Positions 50,649-59,935 of a DNA stretch of 64,000 bases are shown here, piece by piece; within the stretch, counting starts at the first letter, position 1; the number at the start of each line of letters is the position of its first letter. Source of the stretch: an uncultured Nitrospinota bacterium. Lineage in GTDB: Bacteria; Tectomicrobia; Entotheonellia; J063; CAVPRW01. The DNA lies in contig CAVPRW010000042.1 in the NCBI GenBank assembly GCA_963707985.1, positions 192,001 to 256,000 of the forward strand, written 5' to 3'. The translations under genes were made by a program, and so were the position numbers. The notes below the pieces were generated by a model that saw only the letters and a list, made by a program, of their open reading frames with translations, did no database searches and had not been told where the DNA came from.

Positions 50649-51425
50649 ATGATGCTGAAGCGATTGCTGCTGGCTGGCCTGCTGGTGGTGAGCGTGGTTC
50701 TGATGTGGGGAGCTGAGGTTCATGCCGGGTGCATACCACTTGGAAATGGAGATCAAATTTGCGACGACTGGATCACTGGTAGCGAAATTTGCCTCGTAAC
50801 AGTTATTACCAAGGGGACAACTAGTGAAGGTAAAAGCACGAACCTAGACTGCAGTGAGGACGATTGCGAGGTTACGTGCACGGTCTCTGGCACCGTGGAG
50901 AGTGGCAAGTCGACGAAGACCGCTGAGTCATGGCAAGGGAAGCCCTGCATGCCAGGAGATAGCAATTGTGGCATTCTCGGGTTCGCTTTTTGTGAACAGT
51001 CAACAAATGGGGGGAGTTTCAATACCTCTGGGGTCGCTTCTGGCGACAATGACGATGACAAGGGTGGCTCGCGTGTTGTTCGCCAACAACTCATTCTGAC
51101 TCCTAAGAATACACATCTCCCGCTGCAGGCCGAGGACCAGATCCCCAGCAAGCATTGTCAGCCGAAGAAAAATGGCGGCGCCATCTGTCAGACGAGTCTC
51201 GAGGTCGATCCAGAAGAGTGCGAAAACTGTTGCAAAAAGGGCGATTTCATCACGTTTACGGCACAAGTATTTTTCGCACAGGTACGAATCTGCCCGAGTG
51301 AGAAACAGCATAAGAACTGTGTCACCATTACTGAGCGATGCAGCATAGACTCGGACAGCATCCGCTTTGGGAAATCGAAGCCGTATAGCTGCGAACTCAT
51401 TGAGCTCGAGGATGGTATGAAGTGA
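50649..51425 (+). CDS. Cysteine-rich secreted hypothetical protein
   Basis: Signal peptide ending VHA; 18 Cys in 258 aa. Confidence 0.72.
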   Translation: MMLKRLLLAGLLVVSVVLMWGAEVHAGCIPLGNGDQICDDWITGSEICLVTVITKGTTSEGKSTNLDCSEDDCEVTCTVSGTVESGKSTKTAESWQGKPCMPGDSNCGILGFAFCEQSTNGGSFNTSGVASGDNDDDKGGSRVVRQQLILTPKNTHLPLQAEDQIPSKHCQPKKNGGAICQTSLEVDPEECENCCKKGDFITFTAQVFFAQVRICPSEKQHKNCVTITERCSIDSDSIRFGKSKPYSCELIELEDGMK

Positions 51426-51483
51426 TCAGCATGCCGTAAAAATTGGCGTGCGCCCATGCCAGTATACTGCAGGGAATGAGGTA

Positions 51484-51945
51484 ATGGTCGATCGGTCCTG
51501 GGCCTTGATGGCATGCCTGCTACTCGTTTTCACCACAACCTGCTCTCAAGCCGCCGATGAAGCCATCGGCCAGATCAAAACGCTGACAGGTGAGGTGTAT
51601 ATTTTGCGCCAGAACCTCAAGCGACCGGCCGAAGCCGGCGACCGGTTGGAAGCGGCAGACACGATTGTCACCGGGCCAGATGGCAGTGTTGGCATTACCT
51701 TCATCGATAATTCCCGCTTCTCAGCTGGGCCGCGGAGTCGCATCGAGCTGGAACAGTTCCAGTTCGACCCGACAACCTACGATGGTGCGTTCTCCGCCAC
51801 ACTGCAACAGGGCACTCTCGCCATTGTCTCCGGCCATATCGCTGAGCGCTCCCCGGCGGCGATGAAGGTGCGCACCCCGACCACGATCCTCGGCGTGCGC
51901 GGAACAAAGGTCCTGATACAGGTTAAGGAAGACAAAGTGCGCTGA
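51484..51945 (+). CDS. Periplasmic FecR-domain protein
   Basis: IG.IKTL.G.V...TG.DG..GITF.D.S...VRTPT..LGVRGT. Confidence 0.88.
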   Translation: MVDRSWALMACLLLVFTTTCSQAADEAIGQIKTLTGEVYILRQNLKRPAEAGDRLEAADTIVTGPDGSVGITFIDNSRFSAGPRSRIELEQFQFDPTTYDGAFSATLQQGTLAIVSGHIAERSPAAMKVRTPTTILGVRGTKVLIQVKEDKVR

Positions 51946-51953
51946 GGAAGACT

Positions 51954-52565
51954 GTGATGAGCGCCCACAAGCGGCACATGTTCTATGGTAAGGCGTGGGT
52001 ATTCGCCATGCTGTTGACGGCCTGCAGCACGACCAGGGAGCTCGTCGTTTTACTACCGGAAGAGGATGGAACACACGGCAGCCTCGCGATCGGTGAGGGC
52101 GATCGCTCGGTCATCATCAGTGATCCGATGGTCGCAGCAAGAATCGACCGGCGGGGTCGAATGAAGCAGGAGATGATCACCCCAGGGGAGGTCGATCACA
52201 TTTTCGCGGCAGCTCTTGCCGCTCAGCCTCCCAAACCGATCAGCTTCATCCTGTATTTCGAAGAAGGCAAAACTCAAGTGATGCCGGAGTCCCAAGCGAA
52301 CCTGGCAGCACTGTTCGCCGAGGTTGCCGGCCGCCAACCTGTGGAAGTGCAGATTACCGGGCATACCGATCGCGTGGGGAGCGTTGCCGACAACGACCAC
52401 CTGTCACTTGCAAGAGCGCAGGCCGTGCGGGATATGCTAGGACAACTGGGGCTGCGTTCGGACTTTATTCGCGCTGTTGGGCGGGGAGAACGCGAGCCAT
52501 TAGTTCCCACGCCGGATGAGCAACCGGAACCGAGGAACCGACGCGTAGAGGTGATTGTGCGCTAG
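51954..52565 (+). CDS. OmpA-family peptidoglycan-binding lipoprotein
   Basis: LTAC lipobox; GHTDRVG...N..LS..RA.AV; RNRRVEV. Confidence 0.92.
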   Translation: MMSAHKRHMFYGKAWVFAMLLTACSTTRELVVLLPEEDGTHGSLAIGEGDRSVIISDPMVAARIDRRGRMKQEMITPGEVDHIFAAALAAQPPKPISFILYFEEGKTQVMPESQANLAALFAEVAGRQPVEVQITGHTDRVGSVADNDHLSLARAQAVRDMLGQLGLRSDFIRAVGRGEREPLVPTPDEQPEPRNRRVEVIVR

Positions 52566-54760
52566 CCGGAGGGGGAAGACGGCAGCGCCGGAAGAGGTCC
52601 GCTGAAGCCAATAGCCATGATGGTTATGTCATCGGCTTGGACAGCGCCGTTCGCAAAGCGCTGGACGTCAGTGTAGAGTCCCTGGCATACGGTCTCGACA
52701 CTTTGCCACTTCGTGGTATTCGACTGCATGACGGTCAACCACGCCAGAACACGTGGAAGGCCGTAGAAATGCTGCGTCGCGTCCTGAGCTTCGGTGACGC
52801 CATCGGAGATCATGACCAGCATATCACCCCCGTGCAACTGCACCCGACCACCGGCATAGGCAAAATCCTCCAGCATACATAAGGCTGGCCCGCCAGCCGA
52901 ATCGAGCACATGGGGGGGCTCGCTCGCCCGCAGCAAAATTGGCGCTTCATGCCCGGCGCTGCACAACTCCATGACCCCACTGCGGACATCGATGATGCCG
53001 GCCAGTGCAGTGACAAAGAGGTTGGTAGGATTATCGCGCGAGATCGCTGCGTTGACCATTGTCATCAGCGTTGCCAACGGTACATGGTCGCGCAGCACCG
53101 CGTGTTTACAGAGGGTCTTGCTCAAGACCATAAACAACGACGCGGGCACGCCCTTGCCAGCGACATCCCCGATCAGAAAGAAAAAATTGTCTCCATCCAG
53201 CATAAAGGCGTCGTACAAATCGCCTCCAACCTCTTCCGCAGGCTCCAGCAGCGCATGAAATGCGATATTGCCGGGAAGACCCGCAATAGCTCCAGGAGCA
53301 GGCACGATGCCCATCTGAATGGCTCGTGCGGCCCTGAGCTCGCCGTCCCTGCGGGCTCTTTCGAGTCTGGCCGCCTCAAGCTCTGCCTGGAGCTCGCGTC
53401 GTTTCTCTGCAACGGCCGCAAATGCCGCCGTCACGAGTACCCCTAGAATTGCCGCATTGCCGACGACCGGAAACGACGGGTCCAAGAGCATCTTCCAGTG
53501 GACAAAGCTGATCAGACTACCCGCGATCAGCGCACTAGAGGCAATCAGCAAAACCGCCACCCCAGAGCCGGGTCCGAGACGCGGCACAAGCGCCATGAGG
53601 ACAGCCGCAACGCTCAGGAACAGCCCCAACTCCAACCATGAGGCCAGCAACGGCCGCACCAGCCGGGTGCCGTCAAGCATGTTTTCGATCGCCTGCGCTT
53701 GGACCTCAACGCCCTCCATGCGGGCAGCAACCGGCGTAGTCACCACGTCGGTTATGCCAATGCCTGTGACCCCGATAATGGCCACGTGGTTGACCAAGGC
53801 ATTGGCCTCGACTTCACTGTTCAGGATAGCCAGGGCGGATATTCGTCTGCGGCGATCAGTGGAATCGGCCTGTGCATAGTACAGCCGGATACGCCCGTCC
53901 GGATCGGTCGCAATGAACGATGTGCCGATCTGCACGCCGCGCACGCCGTGTGGGCCGCCATAGACGTTGTATAAAGGCTCCCCAAAGGCCACACGCAACA
54001 ATTCGAGGGCAAACGTCGGTGCCAATTCCCCATTGACCACCACTAGCAGCGGCATGGCGCGCACCACACCATCCGTATCCCGAACGTCGTTGAGATACCC
54101 CCGACCGGAGGCCGCCTCCTCGATGGGGGACACATTGCTTAAATGCCCGTCATAGGCCTCTACAAGCGCGATCGATAGGTCTCCGTGCATCCTCACCGGC
54201 GTTTGACCACGCGATGGCTGCGCATCGTTCTCGCCGCCACTCATCCCCACGCGGCCGATGACAGACGGCACCCGGCGAAGGGTCTCCGCCAGAATGGCGT
54301 CGTTCGAGGGAAGCCTGGCAAGTTCATCCCGTAACGTTAGGGGGAGGTCCGGTCGATCATCGATGAGCATACTTGGGGATTGTCGGTCAGGTTCTGGCAT
54401 GATCATGTCGAGGCCGACCGCCAACGCGCCCAGTTGGGTGGTAGCATCGATCAATTGCGCCAGACGTGTGCGCGGCCAGGGCCACTGCCCCAACTTCGCC
54501 AGCGTGGGCTCATCGATATCCACAACGACCACTGGGCGCCGTTGGGGCTGGCGCGGGAAGACACGCTGATAGGCGTCGAAGATGCGATAGCGAACCGGAC
54601 TCCAATACCGCTCGCCCAGCCACACGTCGAATACCGCCAGCAGGAGTGTTACCACTATGGCCGCGCGTCGGCCCTGGCCACGGGTCAGCAGCCTGAAGGT
54701 ATTGCTTGACGACCAGCCCCCAGTGTGGCTCTCCGCCGGCAGTGCTGGTTCGCTGGCCAC
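52562..54760 (-). CDS. CHASE2-TM-PP2C/SpoIIE phosphatase
   Basis: GQWPWPR, DTDGVVR, GVEVQAQ; VGGDLYD, GDVAGKG, SDGVTEA, DDIT. Confidence 0.92.
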   Translation of the reverse strand: MASEPALPAESHTGGWSSSNTFRLLTRGQGRRAAIVVTLLLAVFDVWLGERYWSPVRYRIFDAYQRVFPRQPQRRPVVVVDIDEPTLAKLGQWPWPRTRLAQLIDATTQLGALAVGLDMIMPEPDRQSPSMLIDDRPDLPLTLRDELARLPSNDAILAETLRRVPSVIGRVGMSGGENDAQPSRGQTPVRMHGDLSIALVEAYDGHLSNVSPIEEAASGRGYLNDVRDTDGVVRAMPLLVVVNGELAPTFALELLRVAFGEPLYNVYGGPHGVRGVQIGTSFIATDPDGRIRLYYAQADSTDRRRRISALAILNSEVEANALVNHVAIIGVTGIGITDVVTTPVAARMEGVEVQAQAIENMLDGTRLVRPLLASWLELGLFLSVAAVLMALVPRLGPGSGVAVLLIASSALIAGSLISFVHWKMLLDPSFPVVGNAAILGVLVTAAFAAVAEKRRELQAELEAARLERARRDGELRAARAIQMGIVPAPGAIAGLPGNIAFHALLEPAEEVGGDLYDAFMLDGDNFFFLIGDVAGKGVPASLFMVLSKTLCKHAVLRDHVPLATLMTMVNAAISRDNPTNLFVTALAGIIDVRSGVMELCSAGHEAPILLRASEPPHVLDSAGGPALCMLEDFAYAGGRVQLHGGDMLVMISDGVTEAQDATQHFYGLPRVLAWLTVMQSNTTKWQSVETVCQGLYTDVQRFANGAVQADDITIMAIGFSGPLPALPSSPSG

Positions 54761-54769
54761 AGGATGCCC

Positions 54770-55726
54770 CTATACGTGAATCACTAAGCCGTCATAGGCG
54801 GTGGAGATTCTCAGCGGTTTGCCTTCGCGCATGATTTCCGCATAGTGAGTGGTCTCCTGAAGAACCGTGTGGATCATCTCATCATCGTACACCGGTTCAT
54901 GATGAAACATACACAGGTGCTTTGCATTGGCGCGCAAACACAGGTCAACGCCGATAGTGTTGCTCGAGTGGCCCCAGTCCTCTTTGATGGTCACCATGTC
55001 GGCCATGGAATACATGGCATCGAAGATCACCAGATCGGCATTGCGATAGAAGTCGACCATGAGCTGGGTTTCCGCCTCCGATTCCAGCTTATGTTCCGCG
55101 TCGGTCGAATAGATCACCACCTTGTCGTTCTTTTCGAAGCGGTACCCGTAGGAATCGCCATGATGCGGCTGGCGTTTGGCCGTAACCCGGAAACCATCGA
55201 TCTCATACTCCTGATCTGCTTCTAACCGGATCAGCGTAATTTCCGCTGCCAATTGGTCCCACTGCACCGGAAAGCAGGGGTCGGAGTGTTGCCGGCGAAA
55301 AGCTTCTTCCATGACGGCGTGACAGCCATGAATGCGAATGGTGTTTCCAGGAATATAGGCCGGGGGAAAAAATGGAAAGCCCATGATATGATCCCAATGC
55401 AGATGCGATATAAAAAAATTATAGACGTGTGGACGGCTGGGGCCGTGCTCTTTCATGATCAGTTGCCCGAGACAGCGCAGCCCGGAGCCCATGTCGCAGA
55501 TCATATAGTCTGTGCCGCCAATGATTTCCACGCAGGAGGAGTTGCCACCGTAGCCGTGACGGATCGGAAAATCCAATTCCTCGTCAATGAATCGCTCGAT
55601 GGCCCCCTCGTCCTCGAATCGCCGACCATTGGTTTGCAGGAGGGCCCGCTTAATTTTTCGCCGAATCCCAGCCCCGTCCAGCGCCACAGGAAGGGATCCG
55701 CGTGTTCCCCAAAACCGTACAAGCAT
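54770..55726 (-). CDS. MBL-fold metallo-hydrolase (RNase Z-like; candidate cyclic-nucleotide phosphodiesterase)
   Basis: RFWGTRGS, GGNSSC, SHLHWDH, WGHS, FHHEP; start ATG 55726 after AAGGAG. Confidence 0.9.
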   Translation of the reverse strand: MLVRFWGTRGSLPVALDGAGIRRKIKRALLQTNGRRFEDEGAIERFIDEELDFPIRHGYGGNSSCVEIIGGTDYMICDMGSGLRCLGQLIMKEHGPSRPHVYNFFISHLHWDHIMGFPFFPPAYIPGNTIRIHGCHAVMEEAFRRQHSDPCFPVQWDQLAAEITLIRLEADQEYEIDGFRVTAKRQPHHGDSYGYRFEKNDKVVIYSTDAEHKLESEAETQLMVDFYRNADLVIFDAMYSMADMVTIKEDWGHSSNTIGVDLCLRANAKHLCMFHHEPVYDDEMIHTVLQETTHYAEIMREGKPLRISTAYDGLVIHV

Positions 55727-55789
55727 CTGCCTCTCCTTTCGCCTTAAAAACGGTGCAGGCATTGCACCAACGCGGCAAGTGCCTGACGC

Positions 55790-55964
55790 GTGGCAGGCTA
55801 TTCCGGCTGCCTTCACTGCGGCAACCAGCGCTATGCACGAGCGACCGAATGAGCAAAACTCCGAGGCCTCTTATGGGACGCTGATCGAGAGTGGCCGTCA
55901 GGTTCGAAGGCGGCATGGTCAGGACGCCGCGCTGGTAACGGCATAGTCGCCATAGTAGGCTCAT
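55790..55964 (-). pseudogene. RsbW-like anti-sigma kinase C-terminal remnant
   Basis: PPSNLTATLDQRPIRGLGVLLIRSLV...GSRNSL aligns with PVPDTDLPLEQRPIGGLGIYLAIRSV...GDRNRT of 2941..3378. Confidence 0.72.
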
Positions 55965-56365
55965 GATGGATGGTCATACGCCAAAGCAGCCGCGGGTGAG
56001 ATGGCTTCCAAGGCCTCCCGCACCGTCGTAAACACCTTGAAGACCGTCTCAAGACGGCCGATTCTGAACACATCCTGCAACAGAGGCTGCAACTCGGCAA
56101 TGACAATCTCGCTGTTTTGTCTCTGACATTGCTTCGCCGCGAGGATGAGCACCCGCAAGCCAGCGCTGCTCATATACTCTACACCGTTTAAATCGAGCAG
56201 CGCCTTCTTGTCCTCGCCTGAGTACCCGTCAAGTAGTGGCAAAAGTGTGTCTTCGAAGGCTTTGGCGGTTGTGTGATCGATGCGTCCTATCACTTGCACC
56301 AGGACGACGTTTGCAAGTTCCTGCGCCCGACACTCCATTGGCTGCACCTCGCTGTATTCTATCAT
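55961..56365 (-). CDS. STAS-domain anti-sigma factor antagonist
   Basis: GRIDH...LDLNGVEYMSSAGLRVL. Confidence 0.92.
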   Translation of the reverse strand: MIEYSEVQPMECRAQELANVVLVQVIGRIDHTTAKAFEDTLLPLLDGYSGEDKKALLDLNGVEYMSSAGLRVLILAAKQCQRQNSEIVIAELQPLLQDVFRIGRLETVFKVFTTVREALEAISPAAALAYDHPS

Positions 56366-56899
56366 AGCGCAGAAGTAGGAGGTGTATGTGCGTGATGCTC
56401 ATGTTGTCCATGTTGTCCATGGAGAAAACCGCCGATGATCCGTGCCCACTATACCACTATCTCGTCGTCGTGTCGCGCGGCTCGGTCCGCTTCCCTGATG
56501 AAGTCGGATTGGCTATTCCACGCAGAAGATCCGTTCCCAATGTTCTTTCCAAGCGGTCCCACCTATAGCTGAAGGATGACCCCGAGTCACGCATTTTTCT
56601 TGACATGCGCGCGCCCCACGGTGTACAGAAAAGAAACTTTACCACGCCTGACTGTACAGACCTGATGCCACGGATACTGTCCCTACCAAAAATGCCTACG
56701 GAGGTCATCGTCGCTAAGGAACTCGCTGATGCAGCCCCGACTTTCCTCCCCCGCCTTGCGGACTGTAAAAGTTATGACTTCCCTATTTGACGAAGGCACT
56801 CAACCAATTGGGATGCCATCCTGCCTTCGGAGTCGACCAAGCTCAAGAGTTGGGCCGGAAAAATGGGCTTGCCAGCAGATGATCAGCGCTGTCGTCATT

Positions 56900-56937
56900 C
56901 AGGCATGATAGTATCGCGCAGGCATGATAGTATCGCG
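56900..56937. repeat. 2x19-bp perfect tandem duplication upstream of the cyclase gene
   Basis: caggcatgatagtatcgcg x2. Confidence 0.85.
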
Positions 56938-57011
56938 CCTTGATGAGTGCATGCGGTGAAGCCACAGGAATCGACAGGAAGGCATTGGTGCATGGAGTGG
57001 TGGAAAAACCT

Positions 57012-59072
57012 ATGAATGAGAGGATCTGGCCCCTCCTGAAAGCTGGCATCATCGGCGTAGCTGCCTTCGTGGTCGTGCTTATTGTCACCAACCTGCCTTT
57101 CCTCTTCCTCCTCGAGCTCAAGGGCTTGGACCTCCTGTTCCTCCTCCGAGGCTCCCTTCCCCCTCCGCCCGAAATCGTCATCGTTGCTATCGACGAGCCT
57201 TCCTTGGCCGAGATCTCCAAGCAATGGCCGTGGCCCCGAAGCATTCATGCCCACTTGATCGAGCAACTGAAAAAAGCTGGGGCCAGGGTTATCGGCTTCG
57301 ATATCCTCTTTACGGAGCGCTCACACCCGGATGATGACAAGGCTCTGGAACGAGCGATGCAGGAGGTCAGCAACGTCGTCCTCCTGAGCGAGCAGGTCAC
57401 TATCGACGATTCTCTCTATCGCAACACGATCCGGATGGATCCTATCGAGCCCTTCAAAGCGGTCGCTGTTGCAGGGCTCAGCAGCCTCCAAATCTACCCT
57501 GATGGGACCGTCAGGCGGGCCCGCCTCGAGTTCCCTGACATTTCCTCCTTCGCCCTCCAGGTCGCCCGGCTCTATATGGCCGATCAGGTTACTCAGCCAA
57601 CTAAGACCCAGCCTCCTGCAGGAAAAAAGAGGGAATGGCGCGATCCTTCCAAGGAGGTCCTGATCAACTATCTGGGCCCGCCAAGGACCGTGAAGACAGT
57701 TTCGTACTATCAGGCCCTCGAATATGACCGGATGCTGCCGCCGGGGATCTTTGCTGGCAAGATCGTGCTCGTCGGCCGATCGACTCAGACAGCGCCTGAA
57801 CCTCAGCGCACGGCCCCCGATGTCTTCCCCACCCCTTTCTTAGTTAGCGCGGAAAGTCTCACGCCTGGAGTGGAGATCCAGGCCACAATTATCAGTAATA
57901 TCCTGACGGGTCGATTTGTAACTGAGCTGACCCCGATGGCGCGACTGGGTCTCCTGATGCTTCTAGCCCTGGTCGGGAGCCTCTCGCAACTGTGGCTCAG
58001 GCCCCTAGCCGGCCTGGTGGTGACCCTTGCCCTCTCGGCTCTCTTCCTCGGAATCGCTACCACGCTCTTTACGAGCAGGGCTCTGTGGCTTCCCCTCGTT
58101 GTCGGCACGCTTCAACTCGGCTTGGTCCACGGTGGACACCTCGTGGCTAATATGGTTACCGAACGCAGAACAAAGGAACGCATCAAAGGCACATTCGAAA
58201 CATACATGGATCCTAGGATCGTTCAAACGGTTATCCAGCAATCCACCGCCATTAAGACAAGTGGGGAGAAGCGAGTAGTAACCGTCTTTTTTTCGGATAT
58301 GGAGAAATTTACTTCTATAAGTGAGCAAATGACACCAGCTGCATTAGTCAATATGATAAATCAATATTTGACAATGGCATCTGAATCAATAAGGCGTCAC
58401 AATGGTATTATAGACAAATATATTGGCGATGCAATTATGGCCTTTTGGAGCCCACCATTTATCAATGAAGATGAACATGCAAAGTTAGCTTGTTTTGCAG
58501 CTCTTGAACAGCTATCAATACTTAATGAATTCAGGAAAATGCTTCCTGATATTACAGGATTCAGAAAAGGGTTACCTCATATCGATATACGAGTTGGACT
58601 AGCGACAGGTGAGGCCATTTTAGGTAACATTGGTTCGCATATTTCGAGAAATTATACCGTCATGGGTGATACGGTAAATATTGCATCGCGTCTAGAGAGT
58701 GCCAGTAAGCAGTATGGTACTCGGTTGTTGATTAGTGAACAAACTCAAGTGATGGCAAGAGATGTGATCGAGACGCGTGAATTGGATTCCATCCGAGTGA
58801 TGGGCAAATCTGACCCAGTGCGTGTATTCGAATTGCTTGCACGCAAAGGAGATTTGGGATTGGCTGCTGCTGATTTGAAAGAGAGGTCTGAGCGGGGTCT
58901 CGCGGCCTATCGAGATCGTGACTGGGATCGAGCGCAAGCCGATTTTGCAGCCTGCTTAGAGATCGATCCTGGGGATGCCCCTGCGAAATTATTTGTGGCG
59001 CGGTTGCAGTATTTGCGCGACCATCCGCCGGCAGACAATTGGGACGGCGTGTGGTCTCTCGCTGAAAAATAG
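57012..59072 (+). CDS. CHASE2-3TM-class III adenylate cyclase with C-terminal TPR-like tail
   Basis: WPWPR, IGFDILF, PGVEIQA; FFSDMEKFT, DKYIGD, YTVMGDTVNIASRLE; WDGVW tail. Confidence 0.93.
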   Translation: MNERIWPLLKAGIIGVAAFVVVLIVTNLPFLFLLELKGLDLLFLLRGSLPPPPEIVIVAIDEPSLAEISKQWPWPRSIHAHLIEQLKKAGARVIGFDILFTERSHPDDDKALERAMQEVSNVVLLSEQVTIDDSLYRNTIRMDPIEPFKAVAVAGLSSLQIYPDGTVRRARLEFPDISSFALQVARLYMADQVTQPTKTQPPAGKKREWRDPSKEVLINYLGPPRTVKTVSYYQALEYDRMLPPGIFAGKIVLVGRSTQTAPEPQRTAPDVFPTPFLVSAESLTPGVEIQATIISNILTGRFVTELTPMARLGLLMLLALVGSLSQLWLRPLAGLVVTLALSALFLGIATTLFTSRALWLPLVVGTLQLGLVHGGHLVANMVTERRTKERIKGTFETYMDPRIVQTVIQQSTAIKTSGEKRVVTVFFSDMEKFTSISEQMTPAALVNMINQYLTMASESIRRHNGIIDKYIGDAIMAFWSPPFINEDEHAKLACFAALEQLSILNEFRKMLPDITGFRKGLPHIDIRVGLATGEAILGNIGSHISRNYTVMGDTVNIASRLESASKQYGTRLLISEQTQVMARDVIETRELDSIRVMGKSDPVRVFELLARKGDLGLAAADLKERSERGLAAYRDRDWDRAQADFAACLEIDPGDAPAKLFVARLQYLRDHPPADNWDGVWSLAEK

Positions 59073-59128
59073 CCTGTTTGGCGTGGTCCCTATGCAGTGG
59101 GCCAACATTCGCCATTGAGCCAACAAAT

Positions 59129-59933
59129 ATGATGCGTGCGTATAATGGTGCGCCCAAGCTCCAGGTTCAGGATGCTCATCTCAGGTTCGGCGGCCTGCGA
59201 GCGCTCCAGGGAGTGAGTATCGACGTCTATGGCGGTGAGATCGTCGCCATCATTGGCCCCAACGGTGCCGGAAAGACCACGCTCCTGAATGCCATCAGTG
59301 GCGTCTATCATCCCGCCCAAGGGCGCATTCTCTTGGATGGACAGGATCGGACTGTTTCTCCCTCCCAGCCTCGTCGCCAGGCTCGGCATCTCGCGCACAT
59401 TTCAGAATGTGGCGCTGTTCCGCGGCATGAGCGTCCTCGATAATATCATGGTCGGACGCCACTGCCATATGCGCGCTGGGGTGCTATCGGCAGGGTTCTT
59501 CTGGGGTCTGGCACAGCGCGAGGAGATCCGCCACCGCGCCACGGTCGAGCGCATTATCGACTTCCTAGAGATCAATCACCTCCGTAAAGCCCCGGCGGGA
59601 ACGCTGCCATACGGCATCCAGAAGCGCGTCGAACTGGGACGGGCGCTCGCTGCTGAACCGAAATTACTCCTGCTCGACGAACCCATGGCGGGCATGAATC
59701 TCGAAGAAAAGGAGGACATGGCACGCTTTATCTTGGATGTGAACGATGAGTGGGGCACCGCCATAGTACTCATCGAGCACGACATGGGGGTCGTGATGGA
59801 CATCTCTCACCGCGTCGTGGTCCTGGATCATGGCGAGAAGATCGCTGAAGGCACACCGGATGCCGTCCGCGCTGACCCGGTGGTGGTACGTGCCTACCTC
59901 GGCGCGGATGGCGAAGACAAGGGAGGAGCCTGA
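59129..59933 (+). CDS. LivG-type ABC ATP-binding protein (frameshift near 59355)
   Basis: GPNGAGKTT in one frame; RTFQN, LPYG.QKRVEL.RAL, LLLDEPMAG, IEHDM in the next. Confidence 0.9.
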
Positions 59934-59935
59934 GC

